DNA from: an uncultured delta proteobacterium
Lineage (GTDB): Bacteria; Myxococcota; Myxococcia; Myxococcales; Myxococcaceae
Assembly (NCBI GenBank): GCA_963745475.1
Contig: CAVUXN010000004.1
Coordinates: 64,001-128,000, forward strand
Direction: 5' to 3'
DNA: 64,000 bases
In this document: positions 29,194-39,186 of the stretch, in pieces
Layout of the letters: every line of letters begins with the position of its first letter
How positions within the stretch are numbered: position 1 is the stretch's first letter
The notes under the pieces: generated by a model
Told to the model about the DNA's origin: nothing
The model's database searches: none
The model's input: the letters and a program-made list of their open reading frames with translations, nothing else
Translations under genes and position numbers: made by a program

Positions 29194-30032
29194 TGTCGAC
29201 CGGCGCCGATACGGTGCAGGCTTCAGTCGCTCGGCGACCACGCCTCGCCGTGGCAAGCCTTCGCACCGTCGGCAGGACGGTGCTCCCCTGGCTGCTTCCC
29301 TCGGCGCTCGGGTTGGCCTGGTTTTGGGCGACGGACGGCGCGCACCTCGTGCCCGCCCACCAGCTGCCCTCACCCAAAGCCGTCCTGCGGACGGCCGGGG
29401 ACCTTCTCCAGGGCGGTGAGCTTGCGCGCCACGTCGGTGCCAGCGTGCAGCGCGTGCTCCTTGGCTTCTCCCTCGGCGCGGCCGTGGCGGTGTTGCTGGC
29501 CACCGGAGTGGGCCTCTCGCGCACCACCGAGCGCGCCGTGGACCCCGCCCTCCAGGCCGTCCGCAATGTCCCTTCCTTGGCCTGGGTGCCGTTCCTCCTG
29601 TTGTGGATGGGCATAGACGAGCTGCCCAAAGTGACGCTGGTGGCCATCGGCGCCTTCTCCCCCGTCTATTTGAATCTCGTCGCCGGCATCCGCCAGACGG
29701 ACAGAAAGCTTGTCGAGCTGGGCCAGGTGCTGGAGTTGGGCGGGCTCCGGATGGTCCGCCACATCATCCTTCCAGCGGCGCTGCCCTCTCTGTTGACCGG
29801 CCTGCGCATCGGTCTCGGCCAAGCTTGGCTCTTCCTCGTAGCCGCAGAGCTCATCGCCTCCACCAAGGGCTTGGGTTTTCTACTCATCGACGGACAAAAC
29901 AGCGCCCGCGCGGACGTCATGCTGGTGGGCATTCTCCTCCTGGCCCTTCTGGGGAAGGGCTCGGACGCGGCGCTGCGGCTGGTTGAGCGGCGACTGCTTG
30001 TGTGGACAGACGGCTTCGGTGGACGCCCGTGA
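29193..30032 (+). CDS. ssuC: Sulfonate ABC transporter permease
   Basis: LPSP..V, VPSLAWVP, LPAALP, WLFLVAAELI. Confidence 0.85.
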   Translation: MSTGADTVQASVARRPRLAVASLRTVGRTVLPWLLPSALGLAWFWATDGAHLVPAHQLPSPKAVLRTAGDLLQGGELARHVGASVQRVLLGFSLGAAVAVLLATGVGLSRTTERAVDPALQAVRNVPSLAWVPFLLLWMGIDELPKVTLVAIGAFSPVYLNLVAGIRQTDRKLVELGQVLELGGLRMVRHIILPAALPSLLTGLRIGLGQAWLFLVAAELIASTKGLGFLLIDGQNSARADVMLVGILLLALLGKGSDAALRLVERRLLVWTDGFGGRP

Positions 30033-30817
30033 CGCCCGCCATCCAGGCGAAGGGTGTGTCCAAGCGCTACGCCGGTGGGCCCTGGGTGCTGCGCGCCCTG
30101 TCCCTCGAAGTGACCTCGGCCGAAATTGTCACCCTGCTTGGGCCGACGGGATGCGGAAAGTCCACCGTGCTACGCCTCTTGTCAGGCCTCGAGGGCGAGC
30201 ACGAAGGGAGGCTGCTCGTCCGCGGCGTGGAAGTCCGGGGCCCGACGCGCGCCGTGGGGATGATGTTTCAGGAGCCCCGGCTTCTCCCGTGGCGCACCGT
30301 CCGCGAAAACGTCGCCTTCGGGTTGCCCAAGGACTTGGACGTGGCCACGGGCCAGCAGCGCGTGGAGCAGCTTCTCTCGGAAGTGCAGCTGCTTTCTGCC
30401 GCCGAACAGCTGCCCAAGGAGCTCTCGGGGGGAATGGCCCAGCGGGCCGCGCTGGCGCGATGCCTCGCAGGCGCGCCGGAGGTGCTCCTTCTGGATGAGC
30501 CCTTCAGTGCCGTCGACGCGCTCACCCGCATGCATCTGCAGGAGCTCCTCCTTTCCATTTGGGAGCACACCCGCCTCACCATGCTGCTCGTCACCCACGA
30601 CATCGACGAGGCCCTCTTCCTCAGCGACCGGGTAGCGGTGCTGGGCGGCGCGCGGATTGAGGAAACGGTTTCCGTGGAGTTGGCCCGTCCGCGGGACCGC
30701 CGGGACACGGCGCTGGCGCCCCTCCGGGCGCACCTCCTCGAAGCGCTGAGGATGGCCGGGCGCGGCACCCCGGGGGTGGCGGCCCCGGCGCGGGCGGGCC
30801 TCATTGCTGGCTGGTGA
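30029..30817 (+). CDS. ssuB: Sulfonate ABC transporter ATP-binding protein
   Basis: GPTGCGKST, FQEPRLLPW, LSGGMAQR, LLDEPFSA; GTGA overlap. Confidence 0.85.
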   Translation: MTPAIQAKGVSKRYAGGPWVLRALSLEVTSAEIVTLLGPTGCGKSTVLRLLSGLEGEHEGRLLVRGVEVRGPTRAVGMMFQEPRLLPWRTVRENVAFGLPKDLDVATGQQRVEQLLSEVQLLSAAEQLPKELSGGMAQRAALARCLAGAPEVLLLDEPFSAVDALTRMHLQELLLSIWEHTRLTMLLVTHDIDEALFLSDRVAVLGGARIEETVSVELARPRDRRDTALAPLRAHLLEALRMAGRGTPGVAAPARAGLIAGW

Positions 30818-31949
30818 CGAGGCCGTGGTCCTCTGAGCCCACGTCCGGGTCTGCACCGACGGTGAAGCGTCGCCGGCCAATTTCTCGCCCGTCCGGCGTC
30901 ACCACGCTCACCTCCCAGTCCCCGGGGCTCCAATTCTGCTTGTAGGCATAGCCGGCATACCCCTCCCGCTTGCCCCCGGTGACTTGAAGTGGCACCGCGT
31001 CGCTCGCCGCCCAGCCCGAGGGCTCGAGGTGCGCCCACCGCAGGCGCACCTCGTCGTGGAAGTTGCGGGGGGCAAAAATGTGTACGAAGCAGAAAATTCG
31101 GTCCCCCGGGCGGGCCAGGAATTCCTGCTCGTCCTTGGCCCAGAAGCGCCACCAGGGGGTGGGGTGGTGGCTCAAGGTGTACGTCGCTTGCGCCGGGTTC
31201 CGGACGACGCCGTGGTAAATGCCGATGTCCAAAAGCGACAGCGGCACCGGCGGCACCAGGTGACCGAGAAACAGCACCACCAGCACTGTCTGGACGCCCA
31301 AGGACGGAAGCAACGCTTCGCGGAAGACGCGGCGTCTGTCCTGGACGAAGCGCAGGTGGCCCCAGGCCAGCAACAACAGGGGGAAAAGCGAGGTCGCCAC
31401 GGCCAACAAAAACATCCACGGACGCAGGCGGCCAAAGAGTACCGGGTAGAGGTAAGCGAAGTAGCTGGTGAGGCAAAAGCTGTAGAGCCCGAAGAGCACC
31501 ACCGGGCCGAAGCGGCGGAATTGTGGAAGCTCGTTCACCAGCAGCAACAGGCAAATGGTGCCGAGGAAGAGGAACGCCGAAACCCCCGAGCCGCTCTTGA
31601 AGTAGAAAAGCGCGTAGGCGTTGAGGAGCGTCCCGAGCATGAAGTGCAAGACCGGCTGACTCCAACGCCAAACACCACGGAGAAGCCGCGGCGGTGTCAC
31701 GTCTCGGTGGTCCCAGGCATTGAGGCCAAAGAGGAGCAGGCCGACAACGGCGAGGTAGGCGGCTTGCTGGATGAGGACCGGCGCATCGTCGATGCGACGC
31801 ACCATGAGCGCATCGAAGGTGAACCCGGCGACAAAGAAGGCGATGTGCTCGGCGTGGGGGTGCCGACCGCGAAACGCGCCGAGCCGCTTCAGGAGCGACG
31901 GTGGAGAAGCCGGCGGGGCGGCGGCGGCTGTCTCGGAGGACGGTGTCAG
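30801..31949 (-). CDS. DUF2914-like membrane protein (N-terminus extends upstream of the ATG at 31805)
   Basis: Multi-TM N-terminus and C-terminal GGKREGYAGYAYK..PGDW.V.V.T.DGREIGR; frame is open to a CTG overlapping the grxD stop. Confidence 0.65.
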   Translation of the reverse strand: MTPSSETAAAAPPASPPSLLKRLGAFRGRHPHAEHIAFFVAGFTFDALMVRRIDDAPVLIQQAAYLAVVGLLLFGLNAWDHRDVTPPRLLRGVWRWSQPVLHFMLGTLLNAYALFYFKSGSGVSAFLFLGTICLLLLVNELPQFRRFGPVVLFGLYSFCLTSYFAYLYPVLFGRLRPWMFLLAVATSLFPLLLLAWGHLRFVQDRRRVFREALLPSLGVQTVLVVLFLGHLVPPVPLSLLDIGIYHGVVRNPAQATYTLSHHPTPWWRFWAKDEQEFLARPGDRIFCFVHIFAPRNFHDEVRLRWAHLEPSGWAASDAVPLQVTGGKREGYAGYAYKQNWSPGDWEVSVVTPDGREIGRRRFTVGADPDVGSEDHGLVTSQQ

Positions 31950-32254
31950 CCAGCCACCATGGACTTCAATTCGCCGCGCTCCTCCAGCTCCCGGATGATG
32001 TCCGAGCCGCCGACGAAGCGTCCCCGGATGAAGACTTGGGGGATGGTGGGCCAGCGGGTGAACTCCTTGATGCCGTCACGGAGGTCAGGCTCGGCGAGCA
32101 CGTCGATGCCATGCACCGGCCCGTAGGCGGACAACGTCTGGACGGCCGCCGCCGAGAAGCCGCACCGCGGAAAAAGCGGGTTGCCTTTCATGAAGACAAC
32201 CACCGGATGCTTCTGAATTTCAGCTTCGATGCGGGTCTTCAGCTCGGGCGTCAT
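31946..32254 (-). CDS. grxD: Monothiol glutaredoxin (CGFS)
   Basis: FMKG..FPRCGFS, WPTIPQ, GGSDI. Confidence 0.95.
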   Translation of the reverse strand: MTPELKTRIEAEIQKHPVVVFMKGNPLFPRCGFSAAAVQTLSAYGPVHGIDVLAEPDLRDGIKEFTRWPTIPQVFIRGRFVGGSDIIRELEERGELKSMVAG

Positions 32255-32523
32255 CAGGCAGTCCTTGGGCGGCTCTGGTGCCGCTTCCACTGTTCAGGGG
32301 TGTAAGTCTTTAGCGCCAGCGCATGCAAGGCGCCGCTGTCCAGGACGTCTCGGAGGGGACCGTACACGGCTTGGTGCTGGTCGAGCATGGCCAGCCCTTC
32401 GAAGGCCGACGTCACCACCCGGGCCTCGAAGTGGTCGCCCGTGCCGGTGAGGTCCCGCACCTCGACGTCGGCCCCGGGCAGGGCGGCGATGATGCGCTTC
32501 TCCAGCTCCTTCGGGTCGAGCAT
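32254..32523 (-). CDS. bolA: BolA family protein
   Basis: GDHF, FEGL..LDQHQAVY, LHALALKT; TGATG coupling to grxD. Confidence 0.92.
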   Translation of the reverse strand: MLDPKELEKRIIAALPGADVEVRDLTGTGDHFEARVVTSAFEGLAMLDQHQAVYGPLRDVLDSGALHALALKTYTPEQWKRHQSRPRTA

Positions 32524-33086
32524 CAGTTGGCTCCAGGTCCATTCAACCGCAACGCCGGGCTCTGCAGCATGGCAGGGTCGACCCCCATCTGCCGCAGCAC
32601 CTCCTCCCAGAAGCCATCGGCGCCCCCGTGGAGCACCCGCTCCGCGCTGGCCTCGGTGAAGAGCCACGTCCCTTGGGCGAGCTCTCGCTCCAGCTGCTGC
32701 GGCCCCCAGCCGGCGTAGCCGAGAAAGAAGCGAAGCACGCCCGCGTCTACCCCCAATAACTGTTCCAGGGCGTCCACCGTTTCGGAAAGGTAGAGCCCGG
32801 GGGCGAGCTGTCGCTTCTCTACCAGGCCCACACGGTCATGAAGGACGAGCCCGCGCTGCGGCTCCACTGGGCCCCCGGCATACACCACCTGCCGGCCGAG
32901 CCTCGGCGCCACCGGCAGCGATTGCCCGCGGGCGACGTCTTCCAACGTCACCCGCGTCGGTCTGTTAAGCACGACACCCCGGGCACCTTCGGCGCCGTGC
33001 TGGAGAATGAGGACCACCGCCCGGTGGAAATTCGGGTCCCCCAGCTGAGGCATGGCAATGAGTAAACCAGAGGAGAGCCGCTCCAT
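32523..33086 (-). CDS. yqgE: YqgE/AlgH (UPF0301) family protein
   Basis: LLIAMPQLGDPNF, GGPV, LGYAGWGPQQLERE. Confidence 0.9.
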   Translation of the reverse strand: MERLSSGLLIAMPQLGDPNFHRAVVLILQHGAEGARGVVLNRPTRVTLEDVARGQSLPVAPRLGRQVVYAGGPVEPQRGLVLHDRVGLVEKRQLAPGLYLSETVDALEQLLGVDAGVLRFFLGYAGWGPQQLERELAQGTWLFTEASAERVLHGGADGFWEEVLRQMGVDPAMLQSPALRLNGPGAN

Positions 33087-33164
33087 CGTCGTGAGGCCGG
33101 AGTCTAGACCGTGGCCGGCCGCGGGTGGAGGCTCGTCCGCTACCCAACTGTCCAAAGGAGTCCC

Positions 33165-34187
33165 ATGCGTGCCCTGACAACTCCCCATTTTGGCGGCCCG
33201 GACGTCCTCGAAGTCCGCACCCTCCCGGACCCCGTCCCAGCTAAGGGACAGCTTCGCATCCGAGTCGCACGGGCCGGCCTCAACTTCGCGGACGTCAACG
33301 CCCGGGTGGGCTTGTACCCGGACGCTCCCAAGCCGCCCATGGTGGTGGGCTATGAGGTCTCGGGGACGGTGGATGCGCTCGGCCCCGGCGTCTCGTCGCC
33401 CGCGGTCGGGACGCCTGTCCTGGCCTTGACGGATTTCGGCGGCCAGGCCACCCATGCCCTCGCCGACGCGCGCGTCACGACTCCCATTCCGGCCGGGATG
33501 ACGCTGGACCAGGCAGCCGCCCTCCCCGTCAACTACGTCACCGCGCACCACCTGCTGCACCGGGTGGGGGCGCTCCAGCCAGGGCGCTCGGTGCTGGTCC
33601 ACTCGGCGGCCGGAGGCGTCGGCCTGGCCGTCATCCAGCTGGCTCGGGCGGTGGGCAACGTGACGCTGTTTGGGACGGCCTCCGCCTCCAAGCACGCCTT
33701 TCTGCGCGAGGCCGGCCTGCAGTACCCCATCGACTACCGGACGTCGGACTGGGCCGAGGAAGTGAAGAGGCTCACCCAAGGTAGAGGCGTCGACCTCATC
33801 CTCGACCCCTTGGGGGGCGAGGACACCAAGCGCGGCTACCGCTCGCTGGCTCCCGTGGGCCACCTCGTCTGTTTCGGCTTCTCCAATGTCATCTCGGGCT
33901 CCAAGCGCAGCTGGCCCCATGTGCTGTGGCAGCTCAGCAAGATGCAGCGCTACAGCCCCATGCAGCTCATGGCCGACAACCGCTCCGTGTCTGGCGTCAA
34001 CCTGAAGCACCTCTTCGCCGAGGTGACGCTTCTCGGCGATGTCATGAAGGACCTCTTGAGGCTCTTTCAAACCGGCAAAATCTCTCCCCACGTGGACCGC
34101 GTCTTTCCATTGTCCGAAGGAGCTGCGGCCCATCGCTTCCTTCAGGAGCGGCGCAACGTGGGCAAAGTCCTCTTCGACTGCACGTAG
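33165..34187 (+). CDS. NADPH:quinone oxidoreductase / VAT-1-like MDR
   Basis: GLNFAD, PVNYVTA, HSAAGGVG, NVGKV. Confidence 0.88.
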   Translation: MRALTTPHFGGPDVLEVRTLPDPVPAKGQLRIRVARAGLNFADVNARVGLYPDAPKPPMVVGYEVSGTVDALGPGVSSPAVGTPVLALTDFGGQATHALADARVTTPIPAGMTLDQAAALPVNYVTAHHLLHRVGALQPGRSVLVHSAAGGVGLAVIQLARAVGNVTLFGTASASKHAFLREAGLQYPIDYRTSDWAEEVKRLTQGRGVDLILDPLGGEDTKRGYRSLAPVGHLVCFGFSNVISGSKRSWPHVLWQLSKMQRYSPMQLMADNRSVSGVNLKHLFAEVTLLGDVMKDLLRLFQTGKISPHVDRVFPLSEGAAAHRFLQERRNVGKVLFDCT

Positions 34188-34218
34188 CGCTCGAGCCCAT
34201 CCGCTGTGGGCGCGCAAA

Positions 34219-34248
34219 CGAACCGTTTCCGGCCCCTCCGGGCTCTCA
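34219..34248 (+). promoter_or_regulatory. ECF-type promoter copy 1 (osmC-sigma operon)
   Basis: CGAACC-N16-GGCTCTCA. Confidence 0.75.
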
Positions 34249-34268
34249 AGAGACTGGAGACCACGCCG

Positions 34269-34700
34269 ATGTCCATTTCCAAAGAGATTCTAGTTACCCT
34301 GCCGGGCGGCCGACGCGTCGATGCCTCCGTTGGCTCGCATGTGGTGCGAACGGACCAACCCCAGGACAGAGGCGGCGAAAACTCCGCGCCCTCGCCGTTC
34401 GACCTCTTCCTAGCCTCTCTTGGCACCTGCGCTGGCATCTTCGTCCAAGGGTTTTGTGCCGGGCGCGGCATCCGAGCGGATGACATTCGCATCCGAGAAA
34501 CGGTCGAGCTGGATGGGGAGGGCAAGCTTCAGACGGTTCGCTTGGAGCTGGAGTTGCCGGCAGATTTCCCGGAGAAATACCGCGAAGCCCTCGTCCGCGC
34601 GGTGGACCAATGCTCGGTGAAGCGCGCCATCCAGGCCCAGCCCAGATTCGAAGTCCGGACCAAGGCAGCGCGGCCCAAGGGCATCGCCGTCACTGCGTGA
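34269..34700 (+). CDS. OsmC/Ohr family protein
   Basis: TDQP...GG..SAPSPFDLFLASLGTC and C-terminal CSVK (two conserved Cys). Confidence 0.88.
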   Translation: MSISKEILVTLPGGRRVDASVGSHVVRTDQPQDRGGENSAPSPFDLFLASLGTCAGIFVQGFCAGRGIRADDIRIRETVELDGEGKLQTVRLELELPADFPEKYREALVRAVDQCSVKRAIQAQPRFEVRTKAARPKGIAVTA

Positions 34701-34723
34701 ACGGCGCTAGGCTGCCGGGCGGG

Positions 34724-35530
34724 ATGCCCCGTACGGATGCCGAGCTTCTCCTCGCCGCCAGGAGCGGAGACGCCGGGGCCATGGACGAGGTCCTAGCCAG
34801 GCACGAGAAGCAGGTTTTCCGCTTCGGCCTGAGGATGTGCGGCTCCGAGGAAGATGCCCGTGACGTCCTTCAGGAAACGCTGATCGCCGCCTTCCGCGGG
34901 CTCCCCGAGTTTCGGGGCGAGGCGGACCTCTCCACCTGGCTCTACCAGATTGCGCGCAGCTTCTGCATCAAGGCCCGGCGTCGACAAGTCGGCGAGCCCG
35001 CGGAGACTGTCCCACTGGACGCACCCGAGGCGCAGAGCGTGCAAGGCGAGGCCCCCGTCGCGGATGCGCAGGTGCATGCGCGGGAGATTGGCGACGTGCT
35101 TCAAGCGGCAATCCTCTCGCTGCCCATCAGCCACCGCGAAGTCATTGTGCTCAAGGACGTGGAGGGTCTCAGTGCCGAGGAAGTCGCGCGGGTCCTCCAC
35201 GAGGACGTGGCTGCTGTGAAAAGTCGGCTGCACCGGGCCCGCGCTGGTCTCCGTCAGGCGGTGGTTACGTTGCTCGAGCCGGAAGGCTGGGCGCAAGCCA
35301 CCGAGCCCTGCCCCGAGCTCAGCGACGAATTGTCGAGCTATGCCGCAGGAGACATCGACCAGGCGACCTGCGCGCAAATTGAGGCCCACCTTGCCCACTG
35401 CGCCCGCTGCTCCGGCGCCTGCGAGATGCTGCAACGCACCGTCTCGCTGTGTCGGAGAATTCCCGGAGATTCGGTGCCTCCGGCGGTCCGCGCCGCCGTG
35501 CGAGCCGCGCTCGGGATTGGCGGAAAGTAG
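34724..35530 (+). CDS. ECF sigma factor with fused C-terminal zinc-finger (zf-HC2/ZAS-like) domain
   Basis: Region 2 EDARDVLQET..STWLYQIA; region 4 GLSAEEVA..VKSRLHRAR; C-terminal C..LSSY..G.....IEAHLAHCARC. Alternative GTG start at 34697. Confidence 0.88.
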   Translation: MPRTDAELLLAARSGDAGAMDEVLARHEKQVFRFGLRMCGSEEDARDVLQETLIAAFRGLPEFRGEADLSTWLYQIARSFCIKARRRQVGEPAETVPLDAPEAQSVQGEAPVADAQVHAREIGDVLQAAILSLPISHREVIVLKDVEGLSAEEVARVLHEDVAAVKSRLHRARAGLRQAVVTLLEPEGWAQATEPCPELSDELSSYAAGDIDQATCAQIEAHLAHCARCSGACEMLQRTVSLCRRIPGDSVPPAVRAAVRAALGIGGK

Positions 35531-35561
35531 GGCCAGAATCAGTCGGAGGGCGCCCCAGCGT

Positions 35562-35591
35562 CGAATCCTTTGCGCCTGCTTCAGGCTCTGA
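35562..35591 (+). promoter_or_regulatory. ECF-type promoter copy 2
   Basis: CGAATC-N16-GGCTCTGA. Confidence 0.75.
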
Positions 35592-35607
35592 CACATCAGG
35601 AGGAGCG

Positions 35608-35802
35608 ATGTGCCATCGAATGCTGTGTCGTCACTGCGGTAAGCCCACCTGGGCCGGATGTGGTGCCCACGTCGAGCAGGCGCTGGCGGGCGTCCCAAAA
35701 CAGGCTCGGTGTCGATGCCGCGAGGAGGCCCCCAAGACGGGCTTCCGGACGCACGAGACCTCGCTAAAACCCAAGTCCCGAAAGGTCTTCGGGTTTTTCT
35801 AG
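35608..35802 (+). CDS. Small Cys-rich protein (64 aa)
   Basis: MCHRMLCRHCGKPTWAGCGAHVEQ..RCRC; AGGAGG RBS; own promoter motif. Confidence 0.75.
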   Translation: MCHRMLCRHCGKPTWAGCGAHVEQALAGVPKQARCRCREEAPKTGFRTHETSLKPKSRKVFGFF

Positions 35803-35832
35803 AGAAGCGTCAGGGAAAACTGGCTCCGACCC

Positions 35833-36234
35833 TCAGGCCCGCTCCAGTGCGCGTACCAGCCGCTCGTCGGCTTCCTGGGCGATGGGCTGGAGCTGGGGGT
35901 TGTGGCCGACGCCCAGCATCGCTTGGGGCTTCACCACCTGGACGACGGACTCGCCTCGGTCGCCTTGAAACACCGTCACGTTGCAGGGGAGCAACAGGCC
36001 GACCGACAGGTCTGCGGTCAGCGCCCGATGCGCCAACCGCGGATTGCAGGCGCCGAGGATGACGTACCGTCGGAAGTCCTGGTCGAGCTTCTTCTTCAAC
36101 GTCGCCGCAACGTCGATGGTGGTCAGGATTCCAAAGCCTTCCTTCTTGAGGGATTCGGTGATGCGCTCGACGGCAGCCTCGAACGAAACTCCTTCCAGCG
36201 TCCGGGTGTACCCATAGTCGGTGGCGTAGGACAT
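35833..36234 (-). CDS. DUF302 family protein
   Basis: LKKEGFGIL..ID, YVILGACNP, LLLPCNV; GAGGAG RBS. Confidence 0.88.
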   Translation of the reverse strand: MSYATDYGYTRTLEGVSFEAAVERITESLKKEGFGILTTIDVAATLKKKLDQDFRRYVILGACNPRLAHRALTADLSVGLLLPCNVTVFQGDRGESVVQVVKPQAMLGVGHNPQLQPIAQEADERLVRALERA

Positions 36235-36273
36235 GGTGTGTCGCTCCTCGAGAGCCAAACGTCTCTCGTCAAG

Positions 36274-36302
36274 TGAGAGCCTGGAGATAGCCGGTCGGTT
36301 CG
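36274..36302 (-). promoter_or_regulatory. ECF-type promoter copy 3 (DUF302)
   Basis: Minus strand CGAACC-N15-GGCTCTCA. Confidence 0.75.
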
Positions 36303-36400
36303 CCGGTTGCTGAGTATTGTCCCACCTGCCCGCCGTCCCAAAGGGCGCCACACCCTTGGGAGCGCAAAGTCTGCGCGCAGGGCCTAACAGCTTGTCCCGG

Positions 36401-36429
36401 CGAATCCTTCTGCTGCGTGGTGGCTCTCA
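36401..36429 (+). promoter_or_regulatory. ECF-type promoter copy 4 (DUF2892)
   Basis: CGAATC-N15-GGCTCTCA. Confidence 0.75.
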
Positions 36430-36451
36430 CGCTTCGAAGGGAGCTCGCCTC

Positions 36452-36661
36452 GTGAAAACAAACGCGTCTGTGGTGGACCGAATTCTCCGGGTGTTGCTGG
36501 GGCTCGCTGTGGGAGTCTATTTCCTCGCAAGCCCGCACCCAGCGTGGGCACTCCTGGGCGTCCTCCCGCTCGCGACTGGCGTGGTGGGTTTCTGCCCGCT
36601 CTACCGAGTGATGGGATGGTCCACCCGGGCGGAAGGGTCAGCGTCTCAGGCCGAGACCTGA
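36452..36661 (+). CDS. DUF2892 (YgaP-like TM) small membrane protein
   Basis: N...VDRILR..LG, PLATG..GFCPLY..G.ST. Confidence 0.85.
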   Translation: MKTNASVVDRILRVLLGLAVGVYFLASPHPAWALLGVLPLATGVVGFCPLYRVMGWSTRAEGSASQAET

Positions 36662-36696
36662 GGCTTCCCGTAGGCCCGGTCAGGGCCTGGGTTGGC

Positions 36697-39124
<2,428 letters not shown>

Positions 39125-39186
39125 GAGTGTCGAGGCAAAAGAAGTCTACACCACCCCTCGGGAGTCGCCACGTCCTCGTCCGGCTG

